Virus record (IMG/VR): IMGVR_UViG_3300042890_004365
Span: 10,510-74,509 of that record
DNA from: a virus
Lineage: Duplodnaviria > Caudoviricetes
Strand: one strand, 5' to 3'
DNA length: 64,000 nucleotides
In this document: positions 11,601-20,337 of the stretch, one piece after another
Layout of the letters: every line of letters begins with the position of its first letter
Position numbering within the stretch: the first letter of the stretch is position 1
Program-made: the position numbers and the translations under genes
Notes under the pieces: model-generated
The model's input: the letters and a program-made list of their open reading frames with translations, nothing else
What the model was told of the DNA's origin: nothing
Databases searched by the model: none

Positions 11601-11654
11601 TTTTGCTAAAGTGAGAGTCTCAAAATTATCAATAAAAATTTGTATTTTTGACAT
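8613..11654 (-). CDS. Large baseplate/tail protein, possibly with a gp27-like hub region
   Basis: 1013 aa in the baseplate cluster; C-terminal SFETLQKMCKELG..YIDFYYCFNYVD..LTGEWVIIDISY pattern; TQSG repeats. Confidence 0.5.
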   Translation of the reverse strand: MSKIQIFIDNFETLTLAKLNFYTGKVAEYKTARASAIAITYGKICDWPYKKEPDSDGVYRRDPAISTVGDLFKYIYHNPEGGERWFPDGNNPTSLGDVIAELRDQDTGAKPLEEILKKTYGASNQVKFINNLRKYGAQKWFDAFMSSALKFLKDEKTSTLDYKNSDEFSDDYSQLISEFKYNYGDIADVSTSWITTLPILYEAFIEAGDNYKLPPPVSATQSGTQSGTQSGTQSGTQSVTPVAPQAATQSALEIGDYKITVKDPKSDNDRKIEGSISFKTLGPQVSAKSRLIGLPHPFTNPRTGTEVTSFFSPEGAEVGVNASGLTYTTANLSISSYPDTYETVLADQSIASLQSMIDYYYGVEIKLQYTKNPDAPTPVSGPESGTQSGTQSGTQSSSPLSSTQSGFTQSTFDATGIKIKLQKKSGPGELIGEVEQTVKDGIVNFAGIQFDAPGDYVILVIPDSNLIETSEVTIKVLPEDDVIAQDKSRGGEQESKDVQGTRPIIAQIDKPTIKLKPIEFDALQNNRDNVEVAGALGFTPFFWYSGVQIDQRYINSLNLYYEDLVPMVSIVFIDSMGVMKKDGFPLDDSKFEIFLNSGSKNIKSIHLKFKLKNFQENKSKTYTIVGTLDLQDFYKIRFQSYKGTSFETLQKMCKELGIGFNSNITNTSDSMTWVNNGKLFRTFINDIISHSYISDKTFLIGYIDFYYCFNYVDIEKEWIRDISKDVGIDSRGLNHLNKKEESEKVSQLQLSNDLSQNSSVFFFNKYRVNNNSTQTSLNSGQFTVSKVYDSIKKQFLVFDVDSQTSDGSKSIILKGAPSDDQKDNYRTRYSGKMDTDNVHKQYYYSETQNKVNFDNMARISVDLELPNANFNLYKFMKIQLNFINIKTSVNNDEISQKRLTGEWVIIDISYTWTQGNLTQKVTAVRKELSKTDEELKKDANSTPAKAETNTQNNENPVVPGQTQPILSTAVPPNSVYKVGQIFLVQNNSGKVFKLTITEVSENGKEVKATIKNI
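10942..10997 (-). repeat. 12-bp tandem repeat encoding (TQSG)n; related copies near 10469-10505 and 7819-7850
   Basis: gattgtgttcct repeated about 4.5 times. Confidence 0.9.
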
Positions 11655-11697
11655 TAAATATAATAAATTTTATCTATTATATATAAAGATAGTGTCG

Positions 11698-13311
11698 TTA
11701 CAAATTAATTTTTATTATCTTATATGGGTATTTTCTTTTATTATAAAACCCCTCTCTTTCTTTAAAATGTCTATAAAGTATATTAGACATATCAGTAGGA
11801 TTAAATATATCAACTAAATCAAAGATATTTACTTTATCCTTATCAGTGTGCAAACGAAGTCCACGGCCAATACTTTGGATAATAATCTGCTCTGATTTGA
11901 ATGAGTCTGTAAATATAACATTGAAAATAGCATTTATACTTACACCAGTAGAAAGTGTTCCAAAAGAAGCTACAAGTACTTTAACCTTATCAGAAGTTAC
12001 TTCCATCAATTTTTTAATCTCTTCTCTTTTCTTACCACTTATCTCACCATCAATATAATAGAATTCTTTATCGGGTAACTCATCTTTTAATTTCTGAAAT
12101 ATTCTTTGGCCATTTTCAATAGTATGAAATAATAATAAAGTATTATTAGTACACTTTTCAACAATCTTTCTAATAAAAACTAATCTTTTTTCAGATTGAT
12201 GAGCATAAGCTTTCTCTAAATCGAATGCTGCTTTACCATCACCACTCTTTCTTATCAATTTCAATCTTTCATGAAATTCTAAATCATTATGGTTCATTAT
12301 AACTGCTTTTATTTCCATTGGAGTAATAATACCCTTCTTCTTTAATTCATCTGCGGAAACCTCTGTTATTTTAGGTCCTAGCACTGCCTGTATATTAAGT
12401 ATTTCACAAGTATCATCTGTCGGAAAAGTACCGGATACTCCAAATCGACAATAAGCATGTGTAAATGTACTTTCTAAAATAGATGAAATTGTTTTTGCTT
12501 TGGCACCGTGAGCTTCATCGGTCGCAATTGTATGAAATTGTTGAAAGAATTTTTTAGGCCACTTCTCTAAAGATTGATAAGTGCCAATATAAACATTAGG
12601 ATTTTCTGTACCAGAAAACTTTCTTGGTCTATCAGACATTACTTCTTCTACTCTAACAGTACAAGGTATGTGTCCGTTATTTAGATCTTCAAATTTTTCA
12701 ATTTTACTTTCTCTCATTTCAAGAAGGTTATTCAAGCCATAGTTATACTCTATAATATTATCATAAAACTGAGTAACTAAAGTAATTGAGGGAACGATTA
12801 TTAGAAATTTTGCATCAGGATCAGTATGTTTTAAAGTGTAAAACATAACTATTGATATAATTAAGGATTTACCACCTGAAGTTGCAACCTCAGCCATACA
12901 AAATCTATTCTTTAAAATTTTATAAGCAGCTTCAATTTGATGGTCGTATGGCATAAAAGGAACTATTTCACCATCTTTCTTCATTTTATGAGTTTTGAAG
13001 AAGTCTTTACAGAAGTCTTGAACTTTTTCTAAAGTAACATCTCTGTTGATTGGAAAATCTTCTTTATTTTCAACTATAAAAGGAGCATCAATTTCTTTAC
13101 AACCTCGCATAGCTTCTTTCCACAAACCTAAGTTTATTTTACCATCTCTAAAGTAAGATTTTTTACCATCCCATACTCCCATTTTCACCGCGGGTTGGTA
13201 TCTCCAACCTTTGACATGACGAGTTAACCACAGTGATAACTGATGATATTCAACTCTACTTGCTTCTGTGACTACTAACTCTTCTTTATCTTTATCATAT
13301 CTAAGTTTCAT
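11698..13311 (-). CDS. uvsW: UvsW-like SF2 helicase
   Basis: Walker A ATSGGKS, DEAH box, QSIGRGLR motif VI, LYRHFKER tail typical of T4-like UvsW. Confidence 0.9.
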   Translation of the reverse strand: MKLRYDKDKEELVVTEASRVEYHQLSLWLTRHVKGWRYQPAVKMGVWDGKKSYFRDGKINLGLWKEAMRGCKEIDAPFIVENKEDFPINRDVTLEKVQDFCKDFFKTHKMKKDGEIVPFMPYDHQIEAAYKILKNRFCMAEVATSGGKSLIISIVMFYTLKHTDPDAKFLIIVPSITLVTQFYDNIIEYNYGLNNLLEMRESKIEKFEDLNNGHIPCTVRVEEVMSDRPRKFSGTENPNVYIGTYQSLEKWPKKFFQQFHTIATDEAHGAKAKTISSILESTFTHAYCRFGVSGTFPTDDTCEILNIQAVLGPKITEVSADELKKKGIITPMEIKAVIMNHNDLEFHERLKLIRKSGDGKAAFDLEKAYAHQSEKRLVFIRKIVEKCTNNTLLLFHTIENGQRIFQKLKDELPDKEFYYIDGEISGKKREEIKKLMEVTSDKVKVLVASFGTLSTGVSINAIFNVIFTDSFKSEQIIIQSIGRGLRLHTDKDKVNIFDLVDIFNPTDMSNILYRHFKEREGFYNKRKYPYKIIKINL

Positions 13312-13434
13312 CTCATTATTATATATTAAAACCTTGTATTTGTTTAGTTTATGAAGTATTTGTCGTTTTTTTGGGGTTTTTTACAAAGGGGGAAGAGTAA
13401 ATTGAATATATAATAAAAAAATAAATTAAATATT

Positions 13435-13758
13435 ATGGGATTATTCAAATTCTTAAAAGGAATTTTTGGAGCAAAAGAGACAGAAACTTGTCCAACTCCA
13501 GAAGTAAAAGTACCAGTTGTAAAAGCTGAGGAAATTAAAAAAGAAGTGGTAAAAGAAGTTAAACAAGAAGTACCAGTTGTAAAAGCTGAGGAAACTAAAG
13601 TAACTGCTAAAGAGATTAAAGCAAAAAGAACACCTGCTATTAAGAAAACTGAAGTTAAAGCAGAAGAGGTTTCAACAGAGGTTGTTGCTGAGAAGAAAGC
13701 TAAACCACGTAGAAGAAGAAAGCCAAAAGCTAAACCAGAAAACGGGGATCAAGCATAA
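13435..13758 (+). CDS. Lys/Glu/Ala-rich protein with N-terminal amphipathic helix and basic tail
   Basis: MGLFKFLKGIFG start, duplicated VPVVKAEE, KPRRRRKPK; GAATATATA box upstream. Confidence 0.7.
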   Translation: MGLFKFLKGIFGAKETETCPTPEVKVPVVKAEEIKKEVVKEVKQEVPVVKAEETKVTAKEIKAKRTPAIKKTEVKAEEVSTEVVAEKKAKPRRRRKPKAKPENGDQA

Positions 13759-13789
13759 TAAAAAAACCACTCAAATGAGTGGTTTTTTT
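13759..13789. terminator. Bidirectional terminator; near-identical copy at 18930-18959, related one at 42615-42638
   Basis: aaaaaaaccactc-aaat-gagtggttttttt. Confidence 0.8.
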
Positions 13790-13791
13790 AT

Positions 13792-14250
13792 TTAGAAAAC
13801 TGGTTTATCATTTAATAAATCATCTATTTTCTTTTCACGTTTAATTGCTTTTAAACGTAAATCATCTTCATACTTATATAACCTTATATTATATCGAAAA
13901 CTATTAGGATCATACGTTAAATTATAAAATCCAATAACTTCAGAGTCCTTTAAATAACCAATAACAATTTGTGCCAAGTCATCTAGTGTAGAGCTTTGTG
14001 ATGTTGATACATTATATGTAAGTAATTCTAATTGATTATTTATATTTTTATTAAATGTACCAGTAGGTGCATTTAAAATCATAGTTGTTTTATCTACAAT
14101 TTTTTCAAAAAAATTTATCAAATCAGAATCACTAATTTCATTTTTTGGAAATAAAGTATTACTCACACTAAATAAATTAAACTTATGTTTAACATCAACC
14201 ACTAACTTCTGAACTTTTTCATCATCCGATAAAAATGTTATATCTTCCAT
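13792..14250 (-). CDS. Hypothetical protein with C-terminal REKKIDDLL motif
   Basis: 152-aa ORF directly downstream of clpP. Confidence 0.7.
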   Translation of the reverse strand: MEDITFLSDDEKVQKLVVDVKHKFNLFSVSNTLFPKNEISDSDLINFFEKIVDKTTMILNAPTGTFNKNINNQLELLTYNVSTSQSSTLDDLAQIVIGYLKDSEVIGFYNLTYDPNSFRYNIRLYKYEDDLRLKAIKREKKIDDLLNDKPVF

Positions 14251-14255
14251 TCATA

Positions 14256-14915
14256 TTATTTTCTTTTTAATATTATCTCATCGATAATTCCATACTTTTT
14301 TGCATCAGGTGCAGTCATCCAATAATCTCTATCACCATCTTTCGCAACTTTATCAAAAGCTTGTCCAGATTTATCAGAAATTATTTCATAAAGTTCTTTT
14401 TTCAAAGAGTTTACCTCTTTTACTTCAATCTCTAAATCTGATGCTTGTTGATATCCAGCATAGGATAATGGTTGGTGTATCATTGTTCTACTTCTTTTAA
14501 GAGCCATTCTCTTACCTTTTGTACCAGAACATAGAATTACTGCAGCCATTGATGCAGCAAGCCCCGTATTGATTGTAACAATGTCTGGTTTAACAAAGTC
14601 CATTACATCAAGTAAACCTAATCCGGTATAAACTGAACCACCTGGTGAATCAATATAAATTGATATGTCATCATCACTTTCGGATTCTAAATAAAGAAGT
14701 TGTGCTTTGATTATGTTTGTAACATACTCATCAACTTCAGTAGATAAAAAGATAATCCTATCATCTAATAACTTTGAGAAAACATCAACAGACATACCAT
14801 TATCCTCTAATAACATAGGAGTGCTGTTTTTTCTTTGTAAATGTTTAAAGTAATTGTCTTGAAAGGTACTTGAAATAGATTGACTTCGTAGAAATTTTTG
14901 TAAGTCGTTTTTCAT
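14256..14915 (-). CDS. clpP: ClpP protease proteolytic subunit
   Basis: DVFSKLLDDRIIFL, IDSPGGSV, GLAASMAA (Ser), MIHQP (His), DRDYWM (Asp). Confidence 0.95.
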   Translation of the reverse strand: MKNDLQKFLRSQSISSTFQDNYFKHLQRKNSTPMLLEDNGMSVDVFSKLLDDRIIFLSTEVDEYVTNIIKAQLLYLESESDDDISIYIDSPGGSVYTGLGLLDVMDFVKPDIVTINTGLAASMAAVILCSGTKGKRMALKRSRTMIHQPLSYAGYQQASDLEIEVKEVNSLKKELYEIISDKSGQAFDKVAKDGDRDYWMTAPDAKKYGIIDEIILKRK

Positions 14916-14960
14916 TTATGGGTATTATTTTTTGTTTTTATTATAAAATAAAGTAAAAGT

Positions 14961-14970
14961 TTAATATATA
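14961..14970 (+). promoter_or_regulatory. Putative late promoter box TTAATATATA (representative copy)
   Basis: Same box about 4-30 nt upstream of more than 20 starts, e.g. 15644, 16024, 18584, 24890, 27659, 31752, 32560, 63225 (+) and 1988, 19584, 30468, 31384, 43709, 47230, 57210, 62257, 63197 (-). Confidence 0.75.
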
Positions 14971-14975
14971 CTGAT

Positions 14976-15626
14976 ATGAAGTATTTAAAGATTTTTGAGA
15001 CATTTAAGAATAATGACACATTATATGTGTTCGATTTTGACGATACTCTTGTGAATACACCAGAGTTTGAAGAATTTGTTATTGAATACTTAACAGAAGA
15101 TGTTTCTATAAAAGAAATAGTAGATAAATCAACTGCAAGTATTGGAGTAAATAAGTCAGACTTAAAATGGCAAGATGGTAGAATTTATGTAGAAGATCCA
15201 AATGAGAACATTGAAGTAAAAGGAAACTGGGTTAGAAAAGGTAAAAGGATTTATCTTATGGCACCAGATATATTTGGTATGACTGATTTAAGTTTACCAA
15301 CTGAAGTATTAGAATTGGCAGAATTTTATAATTCAATTGAGAATAAATGTATAGTAACTGCTCGTTCAGAAAAGATTAGAGATAAAATTGAAAAAGTTAT
15401 GAAAGAGTTAGGATTAGAATATCCTAAATATGGACTTCATATGTATCCTTATGAAAATCACTATAATGCAGGTGGTTGGAAAGGTGAAAAGATTGTTGAA
15501 CTAGTTAAGCAAACTGGATTTGATAAGGTTATATTTTACGATGATAATATAAAGTATTTAAAAGGTGCTACTAAGGTAATTAAAGAGAAGTTACCTAACT
15601 TAGACTATAAGTATGTAAAAGTGTAA
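14976..15626 (+). CDS. HAD-superfamily phosphatase (RNA-repair HAD-like)
   Basis: DFDDTL motif I, VTAR motif II, K motif III, FYDD motif IV; N-terminal MKYLKIFETF tag. Confidence 0.75.
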   Translation: MKYLKIFETFKNNDTLYVFDFDDTLVNTPEFEEFVIEYLTEDVSIKEIVDKSTASIGVNKSDLKWQDGRIYVEDPNENIEVKGNWVRKGKRIYLMAPDIFGMTDLSLPTEVLELAEFYNSIENKCIVTARSEKIRDKIEKVMKELGLEYPKYGLHMYPYENHYNAGGWKGEKIVELVKQTGFDKVIFYDDNIKYLKGATKVIKEKLPNLDYKYVKV

Positions 15627-15674
15627 AAAAGACGTTTAATAATTTAATATATAATAAAAAAATAATAAACATAT

Positions 15675-15983
15675 ATGAAAACTAAAGTTGAAGTACTTGG
15701 ATATGAAATCGAAATTGAAGAAGTTGATGGTGTTGTAACTGTTAAAGCTGAATTAGATGGTGAAACAGTTGAAGAATTCACTCTTGAAGCACCTGAAGAA
15801 GGGCAAGGTCAAGATGAAGAATCAGATGACGACGTTAAAGGATTTAAAGATTTTGATGGTCAAGAAGAAGAAGATTTCGGAGACGAAGAATCAGAAGGTC
15901 AAGATGACGATGATGACGATGACGATGATGACGATGATGAAAAGGCACTAGAATCTTTTCAGTCTTTTTTCAATAAGAGATAA
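15675..15983 (+). CDS. Small highly acidic protein with poly-Asp tract
   Basis: (GAT/GAC)n run near 15903-15938; late box at 15644; C-terminal LESFQSFF. Confidence 0.75.
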   Translation: MKTKVEVLGYEIEIEEVDGVVTVKAELDGETVEEFTLEAPEEGQGQDEESDDDVKGFKDFDGQEEEDFGDEESEGQDDDDDDDDDDDDEKALESFQSFFNKR

Positions 15984-16053
15984 TAAGAAAGAGGATTTAG
16001 TCCTCTTTTTTTATAAATGAAATTTAATATATAATAAAAAATATTATAATACT

Positions 16054-17211
16054 ATGTTATTAAAATTTAATAATTTTATCAAAGAAAGTGTTGATGGTAA
16101 AGGAACTTTACTTTTTTATGCATTTGATTGGGATGACAATATACTAAACATGCCAACTGAAATTATGGTACAAACCGAAGATGGTGAAGAAGTTGGTATG
16201 AGTACAGCAGACTTTGCGGTTTATCGTTCTAAAATAGGAAAAGAAGAATTTGAATATGATGGAAAAACTATTGTTGGTTTAGATTATAATACTGCATTTA
16301 GAAATTTTAGAGATATAGAAGATCCAGAAATATTCAAAAAGGATGTTGCTAAGGCATTACAAATGGAAGCATTTGCACCTGCTTGGGAAGATTTTATTGA
16401 GTGTTTAACTAATGGTTCTTTATTTGCAATTATAACTGCACGTGGTCACGAATCAGAAGGAATGAGAAAAGGTGTTGAATATATTATCGACGGTTTAGAT
16501 CAACAAGATAAAGAGAAAATGCATGATAGTTTACTTATGTACCTTCAACTTTTTGGTAAATCAAGAAATGAAGAAAGTTATGAAAGTATTACAAATTTCT
16601 CTCAAAGTGAATTAGTTAAAAACTACTTAGATTTATGTCACTTTGTTGGTGTTTCTGCGCCTTCAAGAGGTGGTTCACCTGCTAATCCAGAAGCAGCAAA
16701 AGAAGATGCTTTAAGAGAATTTATTACTGATGTAAATGGATATGCAGAAAAAATTGGATTTGTTGCAAAAGTTGGTTTCTCTGATGATGACCCAGGAAAT
16801 GTTAAACATATGACACATGCACTTTCAAGTGAAGATTTAGATCACGAAGAATTGTGGCCTTTTATTAAAGAGTTCATCATTAAAGATACTAATAAACCAG
16901 AAAACGTAGTTAGAACTAATATACCTACAAGAAGAGTTAAAACATTTAGTGATTTTAATGAGAGCCAAACTCAAATTCCCGGACTACAAAGTTCAACTAT
17001 TTCTATGCAACCAGAAACTAATCTTATGATTATGGCAGATAAAACTAATGACTTTAGTGCAAATGGTGATGAAACTCGTCAAGATCCTTATGGTAATAGA
17101 TTAAAAGCTCAAGCTAGAAGATTAGGAAGTCAAGAATATTGTGCTTGTTGTGATAATACAAAATCAGAATGTGATTGTGATGACGGTTGTGAATGTAAAT
17201 GTAAAGAATAA
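16054..17211 (+). CDS. HAD-like protein with Cys-rich C-terminal tail
   Basis: FDWDDNIL, ITARGH, FSDDD motifs; tail CACCDNTKSECDCDDGCECKC; N-terminal MLLKFNNFIKES. Confidence 0.7.
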   Translation: MLLKFNNFIKESVDGKGTLLFYAFDWDDNILNMPTEIMVQTEDGEEVGMSTADFAVYRSKIGKEEFEYDGKTIVGLDYNTAFRNFRDIEDPEIFKKDVAKALQMEAFAPAWEDFIECLTNGSLFAIITARGHESEGMRKGVEYIIDGLDQQDKEKMHDSLLMYLQLFGKSRNEESYESITNFSQSELVKNYLDLCHFVGVSAPSRGGSPANPEAAKEDALREFITDVNGYAEKIGFVAKVGFSDDDPGNVKHMTHALSSEDLDHEELWPFIKEFIIKDTNKPENVVRTNIPTRRVKTFSDFNESQTQIPGLQSSTISMQPETNLMIMADKTNDFSANGDETRQDPYGNRLKAQARRLGSQEYCACCDNTKSECDCDDGCECKCKE

Positions 17212-17244
17212 ATTAAATCCTCTTTTTTAAGAGGATTTTTTATT

Positions 17245-17273
17245 TAAACTTAGTAAGCTTTTTACAATATATT
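17245..17273 (+). promoter_or_regulatory. Putative middle-type promoter TAAAC-N17/18-TATAAT-like (representative copy)
   Basis: Same spacing upstream of primase, polymerase, clamp, clamp loader, uvsW, UvsY operon, MTase, IF3 operon, M42, tmRNA and gp55. Confidence 0.65.
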
Positions 17274-17277
17274 CTGT

Positions 17278-18474
17278 ATGGATAAAGTCTATATTAAAAA
17301 TATTCTTCAAAAAATTCTCGATAAAGAGTTTGCAAATGTTCAAAAACGTAGAGTAAACGATTACTCTGACCGTTTGAACTTTGCTTGTCCATTTTGTGGA
17401 GATAGTCATCGAAATAACCATGCAAAACGTGGTAATCTTTATTTTAATCGTTTAGTTTTTATTTGTTTCAACTGTGATAAGAAAACTACATTCGATAGAA
17501 TGTGTAAAGAGTTCAATGAACAAATTGATCCTGATAAGAAATTAGAGATGATTGAACACTTAGATTCAATTATGACTTATAATGATTATCAAAGTGAGTT
17601 TGTTGATGCAAAATTTGATAACTTAATAGATTTAAGTGATTTAGAGAAATCTATTGAACTTAATCTAACACCTTTCTCAGACTTTAAACCTATTCAAGTA
17701 AATGGTGGTATCTACAAGTATCTAATTGGTCGTGGTATAGAGCCAGATAAACATAAAAATATTTACCAAGCAAAGTATTGGAAGAATGAAGATGAATCGG
17801 AATGGATTATAGTAATGCTTAATCGTAGAGATACTAAGTTATTAGGGATGCAAGTTCGTAATCTTAAAGAAGGTAGAAAAAGAATGTTTAAAATCTATAA
17901 CTATGAAAATATATTAGAATGGGTAAATCTAGCAAAAGAAGAACCTAAACAAGTTGATATAAATGAGTTAGTTATTTATAACAAATTATCTTATTACTTT
18001 AATATACTTAATGTTGATTTTGATAGAATGATTACTGTTTTTGAAGGTTACTTAGACTCTCTTTTTTATCCTAACTCAATTGGTTTAGTTGGTGTAAATA
18101 CAGATTTTAGATTTTTAGAAAATAGTGGATTTGATTTACAATACTTTTTCGATAATGATGAGGCAGGATTTAAGAAATCCGAAGAGAAGTTAAAAGAAGG
18201 ATATTCAATTTTTCTATGGAATAAGTTATTTGAGAGTATTGTTGATCAAAAGAATTCTAATGATCCGTTTAGTTTATTGCATAGAATTAGTAAAGTAAAA
18301 GATATAAATAAATTATGTCAACTAACACCAGATGCGTTTAAAAAGTTAAAACTTCCATTATTTTTTAGTAAGGATATTTTAGATGTCAAATGGATTCCAA
18401 AGTTCAAACATAGAAGAAATAATAAAGAAGAAGTTGACTATAATAGAAAATTTGAAGAATTTAAAAAACTATAA
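17278..18474 (+). CDS. DNA primase (T4 gp61-like)
   Basis: Zn ribbon CPFCGDS...CFNC, TOPRIM EGYLDS and FDNDEAG, KDIN. Confidence 0.9.
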   Translation: MDKVYIKNILQKILDKEFANVQKRRVNDYSDRLNFACPFCGDSHRNNHAKRGNLYFNRLVFICFNCDKKTTFDRMCKEFNEQIDPDKKLEMIEHLDSIMTYNDYQSEFVDAKFDNLIDLSDLEKSIELNLTPFSDFKPIQVNGGIYKYLIGRGIEPDKHKNIYQAKYWKNEDESEWIIVMLNRRDTKLLGMQVRNLKEGRKRMFKIYNYENILEWVNLAKEEPKQVDINELVIYNKLSYYFNILNVDFDRMITVFEGYLDSLFYPNSIGLVGVNTDFRFLENSGFDLQYFFDNDEAGFKKSEEKLKEGYSIFLWNKLFESIVDQKNSNDPFSLLHRISKVKDINKLCQLTPDAFKKLKLPLFFSKDILDVKWIPKFKHRRNNKEEVDYNRKFEEFKKL

Positions 18475-18504
18475 AACTTTCTAAAATATAAAAATATAAA
18501 TCTT

Positions 18505-18571
18505 ATCACGCCCTGAGAAAGCAGTGGGACCAATTGAAAAGAGCCTTTCACTTCTGAAAGGCTCTTTTTTT
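18505..18571 (+). ncRNA. Candidate small non-coding RNA (about 65 nt)
   Basis: AAAC(18474-18477)-N17-TATAAA promoter, GC-richer segment, strong terminator aaaagagcctttca-cttc-tgaaaggctcttttt; next gene has its own late box. Confidence 0.35.
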
Positions 18572-18610
18572 ATGTTTTTTGTTTTAATATATAAAAGAAA
18601 AAGACTTATT

Positions 18611-18931
18611 ATGGCAGAAGAAGTTAAAAAGAAATTAGGATTCTTTGGAAGTATCAAATGGTTCTTCACAGAGATTATGAAAATCTATTCTACACAAGAT
18701 TCATACTTTTCTAAAAAGAGAGTTGAGTCAGGAATTGGATTTGTAATTGCAGAATGGGGAATGATATTTTTCCTATTAAGTAAATTTGAAACAATGACTA
18801 TGATTGAGTTTGGTGGATGGGCTTCTATTCAGTTTGTTGTAGCAGGTTACATGGTTAGCCAAATACAAAGTGAAAAGAAATCAGACGTTAGTAATTCAGT
18901 AGATGAAACGGTTGAAGAAAATCAACCATAA
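18611..18931 (+). CDS. Small two-TM membrane protein (holin-like topology)
   Basis: Start revised to ATG 18611 after the late box at 18584; two hydrophobic segments, charged termini. Confidence 0.6.
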   Translation: MAEEVKKKLGFFGSIKWFFTEIMKIYSTQDSYFSKKRVESGIGFVIAEWGMIFFLLSKFETMTMIEFGGWASIQFVVAGYMVSQIQSEKKSDVSNSVDETVEENQP

Positions 18932-18975
18932 AAAAAACCACTCATATGAGTGGTTTTTTATTTATTATAAAGATA

Positions 18976-19563
18976 TTATTTTAATCTTCTTTCTCTTCTT
19001 GAGAATCTATAACTTTTTGCCTCAAACTCAGGATCAATACGATCTTCATCTTCTAATTTTGGTGCATTTGGTGTAGTACCACCATTTAAGTAATCTACAA
19101 CTTGTTCAACTGTATCAAATTTCTTTCTATCAACGTGGAACTTTCCAGTTTCAGAAGGGAAAGTAATCTCTTTTCCTTTATCTTCTGGATTTTTTTTCAA
19201 GATAATTCTATTATTTTGAACTACATCTTCACCTAATTTTAAAGCTACTGCCAATTCTTTTAGTTTAGCTATATAAGGATCTTCTTCTTCTACTTCACCA
19301 TCAAACTCTTGACTTCCACCATCAGAGAATCCACCATCACCACCATCAAATGGATTATTTTTAGCCAATGGATTATCTTGTTCACTTGGAACATCATCTG
19401 GAATAACACCTGGTCTAGTTGGTCTAGGAGCAGTAGGTCTATCTGTATCTGGTCTAGTTGGAGTTTCAGTTTCTCTTCTTGTTGGTGCAGGAGCTTGTTC
19501 AGGTCCAGCAGTAAACTCTTCATTTATTTTGTCATCTACGAATTGATTATATCTTTTAATCAT
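18976..19563 (-). CDS. Hypothetical Pro/acidic-rich protein, candidate internal head protein
   Basis: MIKRYNQFVDDKINEEF N-terminus; late box at 19584-19593. Confidence 0.7.
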   Translation of the reverse strand: MIKRYNQFVDDKINEEFTAGPEQAPAPTRRETETPTRPDTDRPTAPRPTRPGVIPDDVPSEQDNPLAKNNPFDGGDGGFSDGGSQEFDGEVEEEDPYIAKLKELAVALKLGEDVVQNNRIILKKNPEDKGKEITFPSETGKFHVDRKKFDTVEQVVDYLNGGTTPNAPKLEDEDRIDPEFEAKSYRFSRRERRLK

Positions 19564-19610
19564 ATCAAATAATTATTTTTTATTATATATTAAATTTAAA
19601 ATACCTGTTT

Positions 19611-20084
19611 TTAACCTAATTCTTGAACCACATAGTCTATAAAGCTATCCAATTCATATTCTAGTCCACTACAGAACTCAAAAACATCATATTCTACCAC
19701 TTTACCCTTCTCATTTACAACTTTTAAAAAATCAAGTGAATAAGCACCGGTATTATAAAGTATTATTTTACCTTTTAAGTTTCCTTCTATTGTTTTATGT
19801 GATTTTTCTAAATCTGGCACATATAAAGTACCAATATATTCAATACCATCTTCTTCATACTTTATATCATCTAATTCAAACTTAAAGTAATCATCTTCAA
19901 AAATAGTATCAGTACTTAGAATTCTCATTTTAGTTTTAACTATTTCTTCATCACCTAAAGAAACTGCGTCCAGAAATTCTTTTTCATGTATAGTCAAAGA
20001 TATTATACCATACTTAGATATTTTATCCAGTAATTCATCAGTCTTTTCTTGACCGGAAAATTCTTCTGTTACTATACTTTTCAT
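19611..20084 (-). CDS. Hypothetical protein with a DUF6576-like helical motif
   Basis: DELLDKISKYGIISLTIHEKEFLD resembles the LDKISxxGxxSLTxxEKxFL motif. Confidence 0.55.
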   Translation of the reverse strand: MKSIVTEEFSGQEKTDELLDKISKYGIISLTIHEKEFLDAVSLGDEEIVKTKMRILSTDTIFEDDYFKFELDDIKYEEDGIEYIGTLYVPDLEKSHKTIEGNLKGKIILYNTGAYSLDFLKVVNEKGKVVEYDVFEFCSGLEYELDSFIDYVVQELG

Positions 20085-20099
20085 ACAACTATATATTGT

Positions 20100-20306
20100 T
20101 TATATATCATTAAAAAGATCATCAATCCTCTTATCTCGCTTAAATTGAAGGGAGAAGTCTTTATCATTTTCAAATCTATATTTGAAATCATTAAAAGCAC
20201 TTTCACTAATTCTTAGCAGAGAAAAAGAACCTCTACTTAGTTTACCTTCCGTAAGTCTGTTATCTAAATGTTTTAGATAATATGGATATATTTCATCTTC
20301 TTTCAT
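20100..20306 (-). CDS. Small hypothetical protein with C-terminal RDKRIDDLF motif
   Basis: ATG ORF with TAATATATA box at 20311-20319. Confidence 0.65.
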   Translation of the reverse strand: MKEDEIYPYYLKHLDNRLTEGKLSRGSFSLLRISESAFNDFKYRFENDKDFSLQFKRDKRIDDLFNDI

Positions 20307-20337
20307 ATTTTATATATTATTTTTTTATATATACATT

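Noticed and set aside
18500-18540. SAM-I or TPP riboswitch (cttatca.., ctgaga)
   Set aside because: Only short word matches; the conserved cores are absent and the element is too short
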